Origin: the human T2T-CHM13v2.0 reference genome, Homo sapiens | DNA length: 64,000 nt | Reading direction: 5' to 3' (one strand) | Assembly: GCF_009914755.1 (NCBI RefSeq) | Contig: NC_060947.1 | Shown here: positions 58,401-64,000 of the stretch, in pieces | Position numbering within the stretch: position 1 is the stretch's first letter | Layout of the letters: each line of letters starts with the position of its first letter | Notes under the pieces: model-generated | The model's input: only the letters and a program-made list of their open reading frames with translations | The model's database searches: none | Told to the model about the DNA's origin: nothing | Position numbers and translations under genes: made by a program

Positions 58401-61400
58401 TTTTGAATGGATTTTTGAATTTCAATTTCATTAGCTTATTTTCTAATTTTGGTTATTTCTTTCCTTCTGGAGCTTTGGGGTAGTTTTTTTTTTTTTAATA
58501 GTTTCTTTAGGTGCAGAGTTATATTGTTAATTTGAGATCTTTTTAACTTCTTGATGAAGGTATTGTAAACTTTGCCTTGATGAAGGGCTATAAATTTTTC
58601 TCTTAACACTGCTTCAGCTACACTCTAGAAATTTTGGTACGTTGTGTCCCTGTTTTCATTAATTTAAAGTAATTTTTAAATTTCTGCCTTAATTTTGATG
58701 TTCACCTGGAAGTTATTCAGGAGCACGTTGTTTAATTTCCACTTATTTGTGCCATTTTAAGGTATATTTTTGATATTTATTTATATTGTCTTCGCACTGT
58801 GGTCCAAGAATGTGCTTGGTATAATTTTGATTTTTAAAACATTTATTGAGTCTTGCTTTATGACGAAGCACTTAGGTAATCCTAGAATACTTCTGTGTGC
58901 AGATGAGAAGAATGTACATTCTGTGGTTGTTGGGTGGAGTGTTCTGTAGATGTCTATTAGGTCCTATTGGTCAAATATTAAGTCCAGAGCTTCTTTGTTA
59001 GTTTTCTGCCTCAATGATCTGTTTAATACTGTAAGTAGGGTGTTCAAGTCTCCCATTATTGTGTGGTTATCTAGGTCTTTTGTTAGGCCTAAAAGAACTT
59101 ATTTTATGAATCTTGGTGCTCCAAAGTTGGGTACATATATATTTATGAAAGTTAAGGTTTTTTGTTGGAGTCTACCCTTTATCATTATGTAATGCCCCTC
59201 CTTATTCTGAATTTTTATTGATTGATATGATTTGGGTTTGTGTACCTGCCCATATCTCATGTTGAATTGTAATCCCCAATGGTGGAGGTGGGGCCTGGTG
59301 GGAGGTGGTTGAATTATGGTGGCAGTTTCTCATGAATGGTTTGGCAACATCACACTAGTACTGTTCTCCTGATAGAGTTCTTACAAGATCTGGTTGTTTA
59401 TAAGTGTGTAGCGCCTCCCTCTCTCTCTTTCTCTTGCTGCTCGGGTCATGTGAGATGCCAGCTCCGTCTTTGCCTTCTGCCATGATTGAAGTTTCCCGAG
59501 GCCTCCCCAGAAGCTGAGCTGATGCTGGAATTATTCTTCCTGTACAGACCGTGGAACCATGAGCCAATTAAACCCTCTTTTCTTTATAAATTACCCAGTC
59601 TCAGATATTTCTTCATAGCAATGCAAGAATGGACTAATACATTGGTTTAAAGTCTGCTTTATCTGATGTAAGAATAACAACTCCTCCTCTTTTTCATCTT
59701 TCATTTCCATGGTAGATCTTTTTCATTCTTTTTACTTTGAGTCTGTGGGTGTCACTACATGTGGGACGGGTTTCTTTAAAATCACAAACAGTTGGATTTT
59801 GCTTCTTCATCCAGTCTGCCACTCTGTATTTTAAGTGGACATTTATCTCATTTACATTCAGGATTACTACTGATATGTGTGATTTTGATTCTGTCATTAT
59901 GTTGTTTGCTGATTGTTGTGTATACTTGATTGTGTAGTTGCTTTATAGCACCTGTGTGCTATGGGCTTGAGTGTGATTTTGTGGTAGCAGGTGTCATTCT
60001 TTTGAATCCATGTTCAGCGCTCTCTTAAGGACAACTTGTAGGCCTTGTCTAGTTGAAATGTATTTTCTCTCAGTATTTGCTTGTCTGAGATGGGTTTTAT
60101 TTCTCCATCACGTATGAAGCACATTTTGATAGAATATGAAATTTTTGGTTGGAATGTTTAAAAAAATGCTGAAAATAGGTCTCCCATCTCTTCTGCTGAG
60201 AGATTTGCTGCGTGCCTGATTGGGTTCCCTCTGTACTTCACTTGGTCATCTCTATCTCTAGCTACCTTTAAGATTTTTTTTCTTTTGCATTGACATTGGT
60301 GAATATGATGACTATGTGCCTTGGGGACAGTTATGTCATGTAGTTTCTATCTGAGGTTCTCTGTATTTCTTGGATTTACATGTCAACCTCTCTATGCATA
60401 TTAGGAAAATTATCATGGACCGTATCCTTAAATATATTTTCCAAGTTGCTTATCCTCTGTCCTTGCCTCTCAAAAATGTTGATGTGTCATATATTTGGTT
60501 TGTTTACATAATGACATATTTCTTGGATATTTTGTTTATTTTTCTCAATTCATTTTTAAATTTTTTGTCTGAATGAGTTAATTTGAAGAATTGGTCTTTG
60601 AGCTCTGAGATTCTTTCCTCTACTTGGTCTAGTCTGCTGTTAGTACTTCCAATTGTGTTATGACATTTTTATAGGGAGTTTATCAGCTCTAGAAGTTCAA
60701 TTAGGTTCTTTCTTCCATGGCTATTTCATCTTTTAGGTTTTGGATGATTTTACTGGATTCTTTGGATTTCTTGGATGGAATTTCAAGTTTCTTCTGAATC
60801 TTGATGTGTTTCCTTGACATCTAGGTTCTGAATTGTATATCTGTCATTTCAGACATTTCACACTGGTTAAAAAACATTTCTGGGAACTAGTGAACTTGTT
60901 TGGAGGTAAAGGAACATTGGCTTTTTGAATTGCCAGATTTCTTGCACTAATTATTTCTCATCTGAGAGGGTTGTTGTTCTTTTAACTGTGGTGTGATTTA
61001 AGTATAGTCAGTTGGCTTCATTCCTAAATGCTTTCAGAGGGCTATAAATCTTTACCTGTGGGTGAATTATGGTGCTCGGTTTCACAGTTGTGTACGTTAG
61101 TAGGATACATTTTTGTTGTCGTCGTTTGGGCTGTGACCCAGTAGATGGCGCTTAAGAGTAATGGCCAGTACCTAGGTTAATACTCAACTGTGTAGGTTTT
61201 TTGTACATGCTTGAATTCACAGGCAAGCTCTGCGGTGAGTTTGAGGGAAGAAGTGGCCCCCTCACGCGGTTCACTCCTGGGCCTTAAAAGAGCATCTTCG
61301 ATTGCTAGCACTGCATCTGCATTACTTTGTTAGGTGTTCTAGGCCACGGGGCCCCCTCCGACAGAGGCTGTGGCAGAGAGATATGCCACACACTCCGTGG

Positions 61401-62260
61401 ACCAGCTCTGCGGAAAGAGGCATGCCCTGCTCCCACTCCAGGTCAGGAACCTGCATATCTCATCCCTCTCAGTGCTCTGAGGGCGAAGGCTCCTCTCCCA
61501 TTTGAGGGTCGGCCACAGGTCTTGACTCCACACTCGTGTGCTGAAGTCCAGAATGTCTGTGGCTCAGGTTGAGGTTTTGGCTACCCTGGGAGATCCGATA
61601 TGCTCCTGGGTCACCTGGAAATTACTCAGGTTCAGCAATGCACTTAGGTTGCGCTGTGGTGGCTGCACTGTGCATCCAATCCTGCAGGATGGCTTGGCAT
61701 AGACTCAGAAGGACTGGCAGGCAGGAGGGCTTGCAGAGCAGATATGCTCCAGTCCCATGGGGAAGTTGGCTCTGCACTTTCCTGACTCAGAGGTCAGCTG
61801 GGGCCCGTGCCTCCCAGAGGGTGATGGGGAGCCCTGGAGATGGGCATATATGGCTTCGCTCCACTGGATCTTCCCAGGATTGAAGCTCCTGGGCTCTGTG
61901 CTGTTTTCTAAAAGGCCTGTCTTTTCTCACTGCCTGGGGAGATCCCCCTGCCAGGTTGCAGGTTCATGGGAAATGCAGGGTCTCCTATAGCTGGGATACC
62001 AGAGAACCACAATAAGAATGAGTTGTCCCTAAGTTCCCTCCCTCATCTCTTTCCCAAAAGCCATTCAAGACTAGAAACTAGCTCTGGCATTCAGGTTCCC
62101 TGTGCAAGTTTCCCAGTTTTTTCTCTCTTCAGCCTCATCATCAGCATTGGCTCTCCATCCACTCTCAGCAAATTATCCTGGTTTGTTGGATAATTTGAGC
62201 TCTCTCAATGGAAGTGGTGCTTCCTGGCAGCATCTAGTCAGCCAACTTGTCCTCTTTCTC
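55486..62260 (-). mobile_element. Near full-length old L1 (L1PA15-17-like), decayed
   Basis: T-tail and 3'UTR at 55486. ORF2 remnants (56969..57160; ORF2 start MTESKSHISVVILNVN at 59897). ORF1 region and GC-rich 5'UTR ending gcatctagtcagccaacttg (reverse complement caagttggctgactagatgc). Confidence 0.88.
59223..59641 (+). mobile_element. MSTA-like solo LTR inserted in L1 ORF2
   Basis: tgatatgatttgggtttgtgt...gcaatgcaagaatggactaataca; TSD ttgat/ttggt. Confidence 0.92.
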
Positions 62261-63489
62261 ATTCTCTATTGTTTTAAAAGGGAAAGCACTGTGTATGTGT
62301 ATATAATGGTAGAATGTATGATACGAATGTCAAAGTCATTATATCCTAATTGCATGTTTTTCCATGAAGTTTATATCTAGGTCATTAGCTGAGGTAGGTG
62401 ATTCTGACTAAGACTTTGAGAAGAAAAAATAAGGGTTAAAATACCTGTCTTTGAGAAAAGGAAATGAAATTTTTAGAGAAGTGTAGTAAAAATTTTGTCA
62501 GTGTTGATTATTCACTTGATAAACTATGTCATAACTTTTCAGCAAATCCAGTCAACATGGTTTTGTGAGTTTTCTCCAACATCATCCAGATATTTTGTAC
62601 ACCATGGAGTTAACAGTAAACTATATTGATCTAAAAAGGTTGAAACCCAATAGCCAAAGATAGAACCATGAGATTGTGTAGCTGAATTGAGGTGGATGAT
62701 AAAAACATTAGCCATGAGACGAAAGAAGCTAGCCTGATGAAGAATCAGAAGCTAGCATCTTGAGTTTCTTGTCTATATGGATAAAGAAGTTTTTAGGAAT
62801 GATGATGAAGTGAGCTACCGTAAAATAAGTATTAAATTAAATATTTTATGAATTAAATATTGTGTCTAGGTTGATACATGTCAGCGACATGGAGCACTTG
62901 CAAGTAGTAACATCCAATGATATATTTGAAAGGAACTTGTTTTTGTATAAAAGGAAGACAGTCTGGAAGTGGTGGGAAGTAAGGAAGCCGCTTATCTATC
63001 ACCAGGCTCTGGCATGATGCAGATGGGGAGGAGGCTGTGCTTGAGAGAGCTTTAGAAAAAGCTGTATCTTTTTGAGTGAAATAAAGTGAAAGGCGTATTC
63101 AAGGTACAGTTGGAATATGTAGAAATGTTTGCTATTGATCACTTTTGAGCTCCAGAAAGACAACTACAACATTTAGTAAAGGTGGTGAAGTGTGTGCTTG
63201 TGTGTGTGTGTTAGTGTGTATGTGTGTCTGTGTGCTATAGTGGGGAAAGGGAATGAGGTCAGATTTGAGGATTTATAGACAACTATGGGATTGAGTGTTT
63301 ATAGAAGGATGTATTGCTCAGTGATGCGCGGTGACACTAGACTTGAAAGTAGGAACAAGCAGAATATGAATATGTTTCAGTGGCAGCTGGAAACACTGGA
63401 AGTTTGACTTATTTTCTATTCTATTTTCACTGCCTACAAATAGGCTAAGGATGTATAAGGATGTATCTTTTGATCCATTAAAGCTGATC

Positions 63490-63590
63490 CATGGAGCAAA
63501 AATTCTGGATATAATGCTTCAGTGAAGAATCTGCATTTTGAAACACTCCTCAGGTGATTCAGATGTTCAGTAACGTTTGAGAGAGACTGG
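63490..63590. mobile_element. MER5-like hAT DNA transposon fragment
   Basis: aatctgcattttgaaacactcctcaggtgattcagatg...tttgagagagactg. Confidence 0.65.
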
Positions 63591-64000
63591 TTTAGTAAAA
63601 ATTTATAGAAGACTTACCACAATAATTATTTATATTTATATATTTATATATATATGTGTGTATATATATACACATTTATATACTATTTGAAAATAGAATG
63701 TGAATCATATATAAATAACCTTATAATGATTGAGGGTACTTAAAGCAATAAACTCTTGAGCATTTTATGCATTAGTTTTATAATTATTTTTATTTAATTA
63801 ATGTGCATACTCCTTGAAGAAAAGAATTGCTAAGCAAAGGTAAACTAGGAATTACCTTCTATTCAATTATCATGAATGTTTAATTAAAAGATTTTAAATT
63901 AATTGTGTTACATTATTTACTTGTGTATGTAATTAATCTACATTTAGAATTTATTATTAAATGTTTGGGAAAGCAGTATCAAAATTCTTGAATGTATATG

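Noticed and set aside
55470-62280. TSD for the near full-length old L1
   Set aside because: The flanks share only weak T-rich similarity, which is not enough to call.

Overview
This is AT-rich primate (human-like) genomic DNA, made almost entirely of transposable-element relics. By eye, roughly 85-90% is LINE-1, Alu, LTR/ERV, L2, MIR or DNA-transposon sequence. I see no host protein-coding gene, RNA gene, CRISPR array or prokaryotic system. The main elements are: a full-length but inactivated L1PA3-type element with a perfect 15-bp target-site duplication (TSD) (3533-9575); a 14-kb nested stack built on one old minus-strand L1 (about 28690-42580), holding an Alu with an expanded minisatellite tail, two stacked L1PA 3' ends, and MST, MER11 and LTR12C solo LTRs; a 3' ERV-L provirus remnant with dUTPase/integrase/RT traces (48589-52065); and a near full-length older L1PA15-17-like element (55486-62260). 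I found no evidence for a new biological system. The notable observations are locus-specific retrotransposition structures. Subfamily names come from recalled consensus motifs, not from a database search, and boundaries of the old L1M/L2 fragments are approximate.
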